A DNA stretch of 64,000 nt from Minisyncoccia bacterium (lineage in GTDB: Bacteria; Patescibacteriota; Minisyncoccia; UBA6257; JAAZHW01), in contig JBNASH010000035.1 of assembly GCA_049720475.1 (NCBI GenBank), forward strand, positions 20,015 to 84,014, read 5' to 3'. Both the position numbers and the translations under genes were made by a program. Shown piece after piece: positions 57,460 to 64,000 of the stretch (position 1 is its first letter; every line of letters starts with the position of its first letter). The notes below the pieces were generated by a model. That model worked only from the letters and a program-made list of their open reading frames with translations, was not told the origin of the DNA and did not search any database.

Positions 57460-59337
57460 TTATTCTTTGACAAGTTTTTTCAAAATTTCTTGAAGCTCTT
57501 CTTCAGAAAAGAAATTAATGGTAATCTTTCCCTTATTGCCGCGTCTTTTCACTTCAACTTTTGTGCCAAAAATTTCTTCTAATTTTCTTTCAATCTCTTT
57601 TTCCAAAGCATCACCCAAATCGCTGACTGAAACTTCTTGATGTTTTTGAACAAACTGACCAAGAGGCATTTCTAAAATACGCCTTGTTAAAATTTCAGTT
57701 TCTCTCACCGTTAATTTTCGCGATAAAATTTCACCAAGCAATGCTCTTTGCTTTTCCGGATTTTGAATAGTCAAAAGTAAACGAGCATGTGACTCAGTAA
57801 TTTTTCCTTCTTCCAAAGCTCTTTGCGCTTCAGAAGGTAATTCTAAAAGCCGCAACATATTCGCCACATAAGCGCGACTTTTTCCAATACGTTCCGCAAT
57901 CTCTCTTTGTGGTAAACCAAATTCATCAGCTAATTTGGCAAAACCCCTAGCAGTTTCTAAAGGATTTAAATCTGCTCTTTGAATATTTTCAATAATGGCA
58001 GCTTCTAATTTTTGCCTCTCTTCCAAAGACGGCCGAACAATCGCCGGCACTCTTTCCAATCCCAATAACTGCGCCGCCCGCAATCGTCTTTCACCAGCAA
58101 TTAATTGATACTCCACTCTTCTTCCAAAGTCCGTTTCTTTCTCAATGCGCGAAACAATCAGTGGTTGTAAAATACCATATTCACGAATAGAATCAGCTAA
58201 TTCTTTAAGTGATTCATCATCAAAATTTTTTCGTGGCTGATAAGGATTGGGTTTAATTTTATCAACTTCAATTAAATATACTGCCTCCCGAATCGGACCC
58301 AAATCTTCTTCAATTAAATTCTTCATTTCTTCTTTTTGTTCTGTTTTTTCTTCAATCTTTTCTTCAGTCTTTGGCTCATTAAAAATTATTTCTTTTTCAT
58401 TTCTTTCGCTCTTTAATTCTGGCCATAAAATTTCTGGATAAATACCTTGTTTAATCAAATTGCTAATCGCTTCCTGAACTTTTGGTTTGTCTTCGGGATA
58501 AGTCACGCCAAACCATTTATCTTCAGTTGGCAAAACTGTTACCTGAGCTCGTTTTTCGCGCAATAATTGACCAATAATTTCAGAAATATAAAATTCGCTT
58601 TTCTCTGGATTTTGAAGATTTAATAAAAATTTATAAAAACGCGTTTCCAATTCATAAAAGATACTGGGCGTAAAACCAAAAAAATTCATTGAAACAATTT
58701 CATCGCCCGTTAATTTCAACCAGGTATCAAATTCCTCAAATTTAATTCCATCTTCGAATTTTTGAATTTTTGTTCGTTCTTTTAAATCAATTAAATATCC
58801 TTCGGGTGAAATTTCACAAACGCCGCGCGAGACAGCACCGTAATCTGAAAGAGTGTTTTTCAATTGATAACCAATCATTAAATAGTGGTACAAACCTTCT
58901 TCATCACTTAAATCTTTTAACGCATCGGCCATTTTAATAAAAGCATCGCGACCATAAAAATCATCGGAATTAATAATAGCAAAGTTAGAGTCAATAACAT
59001 TTTGGCAAAGCAAAATTGCATGGCCCGTTCCCCAAGGTTTCGTTCGGTTGGCCGACAAAGAAAACCATGATGGTAATCCTTTATTTAAATCTTGAAAAAC
59101 ATAAGAAACTTTAAAAATTTTTTCAGCTTGATTACCAATCTTTTCTTTAAAAATTTCTTCTATATCTTTGCGAATCACAAAAACAACATGATTAAAACCA
59201 GCCTGTTTGGCATCATAAAGAGAATAGTCAATGATTAATTCTCCATTAGGACCAACTGGATCAACTTGTTTTAATCCGCCATAGCGACTGCCCATTCCAG
59301 CCGCCAAAACTACCAATGTTAAATCTTTACTTTCCAT
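57460..59337 (-). CDS. parB: In-frame fusion: N-terminal sugar-phosphate nucleotidyltransferase domain (about 337 aa) plus a C-terminal complete ParB/Spo0J (about 288 aa). An internal ATG at 58326 would give a standalone ParB.
   Basis: N-terminal LAAGMGSRYGGLKQ ... KPWGTGHA (GlmU/RmlA/GalU-type). C-terminal IKPNPYQPRKNFD, GERRLRAA ParB box, HTH REIAERIGKSRAYVANMLRLL. Lys/Glu-rich linker with no stop codon. Confidence 0.7.
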   Translation of the reverse strand: MESKDLTLVVLAAGMGSRYGGLKQVDPVGPNGELIIDYSLYDAKQAGFNHVVFVIRKDIEEIFKEKIGNQAEKIFKVSYVFQDLNKGLPSWFSLSANRTKPWGTGHAILLCQNVIDSNFAIINSDDFYGRDAFIKMADALKDLSDEEGLYHYLMIGYQLKNTLSDYGAVSRGVCEISPEGYLIDLKERTKIQKFEDGIKFEEFDTWLKLTGDEIVSMNFFGFTPSIFYELETRFYKFLLNLQNPEKSEFYISEIIGQLLREKRAQVTVLPTEDKWFGVTYPEDKPKVQEAISNLIKQGIYPEILWPELKSERNEKEIIFNEPKTEEKIEEKTEQKEEMKNLIEEDLGPIREAVYLIEVDKIKPNPYQPRKNFDDESLKELADSIREYGILQPLIVSRIEKETDFGRRVEYQLIAGERRLRAAQLLGLERVPAIVRPSLEERQKLEAAIIENIQRADLNPLETARGFAKLADEFGLPQREIAERIGKSRAYVANMLRLLELPSEAQRALEEGKITESHARLLLTIQNPEKQRALLGEILSRKLTVRETEILTRRILEMPLGQFVQKHQEVSVSDLGDALEKEIERKLEEIFGTKVEVKRRGNKGKITINFFSEEELQEILKKLVKE

Positions 59338-59454
59338 AACTTTTATTTTATTAAAGCAAAAAAATAAACAATTGACAAGAAAATTTTTTAAAATTAAAAT
59401 TGAATTGTTGCTACTTGAAAAAATTTTAGAATACGCTAAATTTTTATAAAGATT

Positions 59455-59540
59455 GCCCAGGTGGCGGAATTGGCATACGCGGAGGACTTAAAATCCTCTG
59501 TCTTTCAAAAGACTTGTGGGTTCGAGTCCCACCCTGGGCA
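59455..59540 (+). tRNA. tRNA-Leu (anticodon TAA), class II
   Basis: Acceptor GCCCAGG/CCTGGGC, anticodon stem GAGGA/TCCTC, loop CTTAAAA, variable arm TGTCTTTCAAAAGACT, T-arm GTGGGTTCGAGTCCCAC. Confidence 0.85.
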
Positions 59541-59740
59541 CAAATGAGCGAAGCGAATTTGGGCCCAGGGAGAAAGCCAACTGCTTGGCTTTCGTTGGGA
59601 CGAGAAAGCCCGCAGCGATGGGCGAGTTTGAGCGAAGCGAAAGGCGAGCACCGCGAGGGGCGGCCTGCGAGAATCTGCCCTGCCTGCCGGTAGGCAGGCG
59701 TCAGGCAGATTACTTGTAGGCGAGTCCCACCCTGGGCACA
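59541..59740 (+). other. GC-rich, hairpin-dense roughly 175-bp insert ending in a second copy (59722-59740) of the tRNA-Leu 3' end GAGTCCCACCCTGGGCACA. Candidate integration scar, miniature element or tRNA-linked structured RNA.
   Basis: 19-nt perfect direct repeat. Local GC far above its surroundings. Internal repeat TGAGCGAAGCGAA at 59545 and 59629. Hairpins GAAAGCCAA/TTGGCTTTC and ATCTGCC-CT-GCCTGCC-GGTA-GGCAGGC-GTCA-GGCAGAT. Also contains a copy of the acceptor 5' strand GCCCAGG at 59561. Confidence 0.5.
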
Positions 59741-59790
59741 TTAGAATCTATAATTTAGAAAGTAGAATTTAGAAGTTAGAATTTGGGATT
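59741..59790. repeat. Degenerate tandem repeats of (T)TAGAAT(T)T, about 6 copies
   Basis: Visible periodicity immediately after the duplicated tRNA end. Confidence 0.5.
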
Positions 59791-59795
59791 TAGTA

Positions 59796-59828
59796 GGCCA
59801 ACGGATATCCTTTGGACATCCGTTGGCC
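59796..59828. other. 15-bp near-perfect stem-loop GGCCAACGGATATCC-TTT-GGACATCCGTTGGCC with no adjacent T-run. Possible recombination or protein-binding site.
   Basis: Inverted repeat read directly. Confidence 0.4.
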
Positions 59829-59835
59829 TAAAATT

Positions 59836-59863
59836 AAATAAAAAAGGCGGCTACGCCGCCTTT
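59836..59863 (-). terminator. Rho-independent terminator of the 93-aa membrane-protein gene
   Basis: GGCGGC-TAC-GCCGCC followed on the minus strand by TTTTTTTATTT. Confidence 0.55.
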
Positions 59864-60143
59864 AGCTCAAAATTAAAATTATAATCACCACTAAAATAAC
59901 AACTTCTACGACAACAGTCACCGCTGGCCACCGTTCATAGCAATACCGGTGAAGTTCTTTCAATTTTCTAAAAACAAATGTTACTATTGAACAAATAACA
60001 TCAACTATAAACTGAAAAATAGCCTTAAACATTTTTCCCAATGCCCTATTTACTTCCTTGGTTTTGCCAAAAATAATGGCAAAACCATAAACTAAAATAA
60101 TCGGCAATAGGAAAAATGATAATAAATTTATCAGCTGTTGCAT
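59862..60143 (-). CDS. Small hypothetical membrane protein (93 aa, 2-3 TM)
   Basis: Strong SD AAGGAGGAT 4 nt upstream of the ATG. Hydrophobic helices. Confidence 0.5.
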   Translation of the reverse strand: MQQLINLLSFFLLPIILVYGFAIIFGKTKEVNRALGKMFKAIFQFIVDVICSIVTFVFRKLKELHRYCYERWPAVTVVVEVVILVVIIILILS

Positions 60144-60218
60144 TTTTATCCTCCTTTTTCAAGAATCTAATTTTATAATATAATTTTTTAAAAATTTGTC
60201 AATAATATAAAAATCTAA

Positions 60219-60252
60219 TAAAAGAAAGCCCCCAACTTAGGTTGGGGGTTGT
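60219..60252. terminator. Rho-independent terminator (CCCCCAAC-TTAG-GTTGGGGG) downstream of the 461-aa gene
   Basis: GC stem flanked by an A-run and a T-run. Confidence 0.55.
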
Positions 60253-60272
60253 TATTTTTATGCGTATTAGTA

Positions 60273-61658
60273 TTATGCGTAGTCTTGAGCTTTCAACACG
60301 ATCTTTTTACCTCTCTTCAATTCAACATCATACGCGTTTTTAGAATCAACCCTCTCTGTTTTTTGGGGGGTAATTTTGTAAACATACCACCCCCACTGTC
60401 TACCTTCTCCAGCACAATAATCAATTTGACTTTTAACCACCACTACTGCTACTTTCTTTCTGTAATCGATGGCCTTATCAATTACCTGAGCCTGAACATA
60501 AGGAATGTCGGAATTCGTGTAAGTGGGAATATTCAGAGGATAACCAGCCAAAATATAACTTGGCATAGTGGCGTTACGAGTTTCGGCTTTGAGAATCTTC
60601 TGAATTTCAGCTTCCACATGTCTCTTAAACTCTTCCTTTTCTTCAAGAGAAATTGATGTCGAATTATCTTCTCTCTCGGCTACTGAGAATGTATGCTTGA
60701 GAGAGAAATTATAATGGGAATTAATCAACACTACTTCAACCCGATCTTTGGTAATTTTAGATATGCGCACATCGTTGAAATTATAAGCTGGTCTGTCAGC
60801 ATGTTGATCATAAGCATCCCGCCATTTGTAATACGTCTTTGCTCTTTGACCATCCCTGAACACTATAACATCGTGACCATATTCAGAACCGCCGGAACCA
60901 TAATAGAACCATCTGGAAACAAGAAAAACAACTACCCTATGCTCGAGATCATAAGCTATTTTTACAATTTCATTATCAATTTCCTGAACCACTGCCCAAA
61001 ATTCTGGAAGAATCGAAAGAACAGGAGTTAGATCGAGCAAATTCAACTGCTCCATTATCTTTTTCTGCTCTTTCAAACATCGAATCTGATTTTCGATCTT
61101 TTCAAGTTGTTTCTGCAAATCTTCTTTCTGCTCATTCTGTTCTAAAAGTGCAGGGTATTTTTTTTGGATCTTTTTTAGAACTTCTACCTGAGCTTTTTTA
61201 AAATCTTCCGATGAAATTTCATATTGCCGATCACCGCAGAATGTCAGCCATTTTTCTAGTTCTAGAAACGTTATAACTCTTTCACCCTCGTGACAACCAC
61301 CACAAGTAGTAGGACGCTTGAAACTCCCGAAACCACCACATCCGTTGTAAATAGAAAGATTTTTAAGGCGAGACCCGATAATAATTTTCTCATCATCGGG
61401 CAGTTTTTTCATAGCCTGCAGACACTTTTCAAGCAACGCAAGTCGACTTTCTCTCCGACTATCTTTATATTTTTGCTGCCATTGAACAATTTCTTCTTGA
61501 AGGCTAGCGGGGAATCGTTTTTCAATTAGAATATTTCCCAAATTTTCAACCACATCGAAGTTTTCGAATTTTCTCAACTGTTCCTCAACTTTTTTGTACT
61601 GTGACTCGAGCTGAACAATTTTTTCCGTATAATCTTTTAAAGTTTTTAATTCGGCCAT
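60273..61658 (-). CDS. Hypothetical protein, 461 aa, with an N-terminal coiled coil and a Cys cluster (NGCGGFGSFKRPTTCGGCHEGE)
   Basis: Long ORF with strong SD AAGGAGGT. Codon usage and GC appear slightly atypical relative to neighbouring housekeeping genes (by eye). No recognisable family. Confidence 0.5.
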   Translation of the reverse strand: MAELKTLKDYTEKIVQLESQYKKVEEQLRKFENFDVVENLGNILIEKRFPASLQEEIVQWQQKYKDSRRESRLALLEKCLQAMKKLPDDEKIIIGSRLKNLSIYNGCGGFGSFKRPTTCGGCHEGERVITFLELEKWLTFCGDRQYEISSEDFKKAQVEVLKKIQKKYPALLEQNEQKEDLQKQLEKIENQIRCLKEQKKIMEQLNLLDLTPVLSILPEFWAVVQEIDNEIVKIAYDLEHRVVVFLVSRWFYYGSGGSEYGHDVIVFRDGQRAKTYYKWRDAYDQHADRPAYNFNDVRISKITKDRVEVVLINSHYNFSLKHTFSVAEREDNSTSISLEEKEEFKRHVEAEIQKILKAETRNATMPSYILAGYPLNIPTYTNSDIPYVQAQVIDKAIDYRKKVAVVVVKSQIDYCAGEGRQWGWYVYKITPQKTERVDSKNAYDVELKRGKKIVLKAQDYA

Positions 61659-61800
61659 GGTAAACCTCCTTGGCCTTACTACTCTTCTCTACTTAAACCA
61701 CTCCCTTTCGAGATTATGGCGAGAGAAGAGAGGCCGCTCACTTCGTGAGCAGTATAATGAACTGAATAATATTTTTCAGCTCAATATACTGCTCACGAAT
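61659..61800 (-). promoter_or_regulatory. Structured 5' leader of the 461-aa gene, with two large hairpins
   Basis: Hairpin 1 pairs GTGAGCAGTATA with TATACTGCTCAC and has an inner stem. Hairpin 2 pairs CTCTTCTCT with AGAGAAGAG, with its 3' arm abutting the SD. Confidence 0.4.
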
Positions 61801-62028
61801 AGTTTGGAAGGTTTCTTTAAAAAATATCCCTTATTAAATTTTTAAATAGCTCTGCCACAAATCTAAATGAGCAAAATTGTCGCTCAAAGAGAATTCCGAA
61901 AAAACGATAAACGTTAAAAGTATTGAAATGTTTTTTCTCAAAATTCTTTACACGATTTTATTATAGCAAACAATATCCATTTTGTCAAGTCTATACATTT
62001 TGCCTCCAAAATGTTATAATAAAAATGT

Positions 62029-62286
62029 ATGAATAACTCTATGCCCGAAATGCATAAAATCGACAATCCTTATTTACAAACAGGATGGGATTTGTTATTG
62101 CAAAGAGACTTAATTAAAGAATCGGGAATGGATAAATTTGAATGGATTGAAAGATATTCGCCGCTTTTCCGCCAGCTGGTTGAAGAAAAAGCCGATGAAA
62201 TAAAAGAACTGATTAAAGATCCGGAACTTCTGAAAGAAACTTTCAAGAAATGGCTTTACGAAGATAAAGAAGAAACGATTCACTAA
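62029..62286 (+). CDS. Hypothetical small protein (85 aa)
   Basis: ORF only, no recognisable motif. Confidence 0.3.
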   Translation: MNNSMPEMHKIDNPYLQTGWDLLLQRDLIKESGMDKFEWIERYSPLFRQLVEEKADEIKELIKDPELLKETFKKWLYEDKEETIH

Positions 62287-62324
62287 TCTTTTTCTAATTT
62301 TTATTTCGCGGTATAATAAAAATA

Positions 62325-63263
62325 ATGCTTGTTATCAAAGAGCAAAATATTAAAACATTTTTAGAAAAACTATCGGAAAAATACCAAGTGTTTGATGTTC
62401 GGAATGATTTATTGCCTTTTAAACAATATTTTCTTCCACCTGAAGAAAAAATTTTTGAAAGACGAAAAAATAAAATAAAGGTGGCAGGAAAACCAAAGCC
62501 ATTGGTGCTTTTTGGATTAAATTTTTACGAACTTGAGGCCTTAAATCAACTGGATGAAATAATGGCGAAACCGATTGAAGATTATTTTTACTTTCAACGC
62601 CGCAATCAAAGTATTGTTATTGGTTTAATTGAAGAAGATATCGATAGTTTGCCAGGTGGCGAGATTGTTTTTCAAAAAATTAACAGCGATTCCTATCGCG
62701 TCTGGCTCAAAAGTAAAAAAGAAGAAAAATGGTTGAAAAAATACAAAAAAATTTTTGAAGAAGTAGAAAATATTGAGATTAGCTCTCCAATTTCACAAAA
62801 AAATGACGAATGGCATTTAGAAATGCGGCAATTACTCTTAGATCCCGAAAAATTAGCTAAAGCTGTTGAATGGTCAGAAAATCATCCGATTTGGGATGAA
62901 TTGGCAAAAACTTGTTTGGGTTGCGGCATTTGTACTTTTATGTGTCCTTTATGCTACTGTTTTTCCTGGGAAGATAATAAAACGCTTGATGGCAAAAGTT
63001 ATCGGATTCGTAAATGGACCGCTTGTACTTTAAACGATTTTGCTCTTGTTGCTGGCGGTCATAATTTCCGAAAAGAATTAAAACAACGCTATTATAATTG
63101 GTTTTATCATAAATTCGTCCGCGGTTATTATGAATGGGGAAAATCTCTTTGCGTTGGCTGCGGTCGTTGCCATAAAAATTGCCCAGCGCAAATTGATATT
63201 TTAAAAGTTTTAAAAACTATCTTAGCTGATTATGAAAAATCTCTATCTCCCAAAAATAGTTAA
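62325..63263 (+). CDS. Fe-S cluster protein (two Cys clusters), AsrA/HydB-like electron-transfer subunit
   Basis: CLGCGICTFMCPLCYC and CVGCGRCHKNCP ferredoxin-type motifs. Followed by an overlapping PyrK-like gene. Confidence 0.5.
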   Translation: MLVIKEQNIKTFLEKLSEKYQVFDVRNDLLPFKQYFLPPEEKIFERRKNKIKVAGKPKPLVLFGLNFYELEALNQLDEIMAKPIEDYFYFQRRNQSIVIGLIEEDIDSLPGGEIVFQKINSDSYRVWLKSKKEEKWLKKYKKIFEEVENIEISSPISQKNDEWHLEMRQLLLDPEKLAKAVEWSENHPIWDELAKTCLGCGICTFMCPLCYCFSWEDNKTLDGKSYRIRKWTACTLNDFALVAGGHNFRKELKQRYYNWFYHKFVRGYYEWGKSLCVGCGRCHKNCPAQIDILKVLKTILADYEKSLSPKNS

Positions 63264-64000
63264 AATTAAAGAAGTTAAAGAAGAATCGCCCACCGTTAAA
63301 CTTTTCCGACTCGAAAATAAATTTCCCAAAAACAAAGATGGAATGATTTTTATTCCTGGCCAATTCTTTTTAATTGGCGAAACGGGTTACGGCGAGGCTC
63401 CTTTTGGCGCCCTCTCCTCTCCTTATGAAAAAAAATATGTTGAATTCGCTATTCGCAAAGCCGGCAATGTCACTAATTATTTGCACACTCTTCAAGCCGG
63501 AGATTTAATCGAAATTCGCGGTCCTTATGGCAACGGTTTTCCAATTGATTTTATGAAAGAAAAAGACGTTGTTCTGGTTACTGGTGGCTGCGGCATCCCA
63601 CCGATCGCCTCTTTAATTGAATATATTATTGTCCATCGGGAACATTTTGGTAATGTCTATCTACTTTATGGCGCTAAAAGTCCTGAAGAATTATTACTAA
63701 AAGATCGCATTGAACACTGGAAAAAATCAATCAACGTTATTCTAACAATTGACAAACCCCACCCAAATTGGCAAGGTCCCGTTGGTTTTGTTTCGGATTT
63801 AGTAAAAGAAATTAAAATTAATGAATTAGATGCTGTCGCTGCTATGTGCGGTCCGGGCCCAATGATGGATGCTTTAGAAAAAATTTTAAAACCCCTGGGC
63901 ATTTCCGACCGTCGAATTTTTGTTAATATGGAAAGAAAAATGCAGTGCGGCATTGGCAAATGCCAACATTGCACGTGTGGCAAAAATTATGTTTGCTTAA
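63231..64000 (+). CDS. FAD/NAD(P)-binding oxidoreductase with a C-terminal [2Fe-2S] motif (PyrK/AsrB/HydG-like), 3'-partial (runs off the window end)
   Basis: GQFFLIGETGYGEAPFG, VTGGCGIPP and a C-terminal MQCGIGKCQHCTC. Not in the track because there is no stop codon within the window. Confidence 0.55.

Noticed and set aside
53605-59337. tgt plus a ParB-like protein as a Dpd-type 7-deazaguanine DNA-modification system
   Set aside because: tgt carries the full tRNA-type motif set and a Zn site and is immediately followed by queH (tRNA epoxyqueuosine reductase). The ParB here is a canonical chromosome-partition ParB with ParB box and HTH, 3 kb away on the far side of thyX. No dpdC-K-like helicase or ATPase genes are present.
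59541-59740. Identification of the GC-rich insert as SRP RNA, tmRNA or 6S RNA
   Set aside because: It has a hairpin with a GGTA loop and an AGGCAGAT octamer reminiscent of the SRP domain IV region, and it has tRNA-like acceptor and T-arm pieces as in a tmRNA tRNA-like domain. It lacks the GNRA tetraloop and internal-loop consensus of SRP RNA, has no tag-peptide reading frame ending in ...AA-stop, and is too short for tmRNA. It is left unassigned.
59505-59741. ORFs of 67 aa (+) and 78 aa (-) inside the GC-rich insert
   Set aside because: They have Arg/Ala/Gly-rich composition typical of random GC-rich sequence and no RBS. They overlap the duplicated tRNA segment. The region is better explained as structured non-coding DNA or RNA.
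880-63983. Numerous antisense or embedded ORFs in the track (examples: 880-1101, 1834-2037, 2972-3160, 4009-4203, 4374-4559, 4634-4897, 7616-8023, 8111-8386, 10266-10475, 11506-11721, 12992-13210, 13786-13977, 16976-17226, 19149-19379, 22132-22404, 25230-25588, 26513-26704, 27740-28204, 28830-29051, 31633-31854, 33892-34107, 34882-35070, 37145-37483, 39186-39545, 42647-42829, 43576-43761, 44366-44569, 46353-46595, 47551-47853, 48347-48563, 50366-50569, 54536-54895, 56349-56549, 58247-58441, 60249-61031, 61290-61845, 63666-63983)
   Set aside because: All lie inside, mostly antisense to, well-supported conserved genes. They have low-complexity or Ser/Phe/Ile-rich composition typical of AT-rich shadow frames and lack ribosome-binding sites.
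1-64000. Alternative genetic code (UGA recoded, as in SR1/Gracilibacteria)
   Set aside because: tRNA-Trp has anticodon CCA, not UCA. Very long ORFs (rpoC 1216 aa, rpoB 1099 aa, ileS, the 1106-aa surface protein) are uninterrupted under the standard code. The tRNA with anticodon TGA is an ordinary tRNA-Ser reading UCA.

Overview
This is an AT-rich (about one-third GC by eye) bacterial chromosomal segment with standard genetic code. The code call rests on an unambiguous tRNA-Trp with anticodon CCA and on long rpoB, rpoC and ileS ORFs that are not interrupted at TGA. Most of the window is translation and transcription housekeeping, all recognisable from conserved motifs.

- tRNA and ribosomal loci: the cluster tRNA-Thr(TGT), tRNA-Tyr, tRNA-Thr(GGT), rpmG, tRNA-Trp; rpsB-tsf; and rpmE followed by a domain-1-less RF1.
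- An rpsL-rpsG-fusA str operon that lacks tuf and runs directly into ileS, truB, cysS, proS.
- tRNA-Leu(CAA) and tRNA-Cys upstream of rbfA; then ychF, rplS, tRNA-Leu(GAG).
- tig-clpP downstream of nusA; rpsO, a NYN-domain gene, then pnp; rpoB-rpoC; thyX.

The gene content (short EF-Ts, eukaryote-type IleRS, archaeal-type ProRS, many small hypothetical membrane proteins, group-3b-hydrogenase-like subunits at the right edge) suggests a CPR/Patescibacteria-like or similarly reduced genome. That is inference only.

The accessory and unusual content is:
1. A tRNA-Leu(TAA) followed by a roughly 175-bp GC-rich structured insert, bounded by a 19-nt perfect duplication of the tRNA 3' end. Degenerate tandem repeats, a 15-bp hairpin and a small possibly acquired gene pair follow it.
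2. An orphan parB fused in frame to a sugar-nucleotidyltransferase domain.
3. An operon of a membrane SAM methyltransferase, an EndoQ-like PHP nuclease, tgt, queH, and a membrane-anchored Hsp100/Clp-like ATPase whose first ATPase domain has a dead Walker A.
4. A sigma-70 region-4 plus HARE-HTH protein next to a tyrosine recombinase.
5. A roughly 1,100-aa Cys-rich surface protein with a Thr-Pro repeat linker and a PKD-like domain.
6. A signal-peptide protein with a C-terminal Phe that looks like an outer-membrane beta-barrel.
7. A comEC split by a frameshift.

Several sigma-70-like promoters and rho-independent terminators can be read directly. Many antisense shadow ORFs in the supplied track are rejected.
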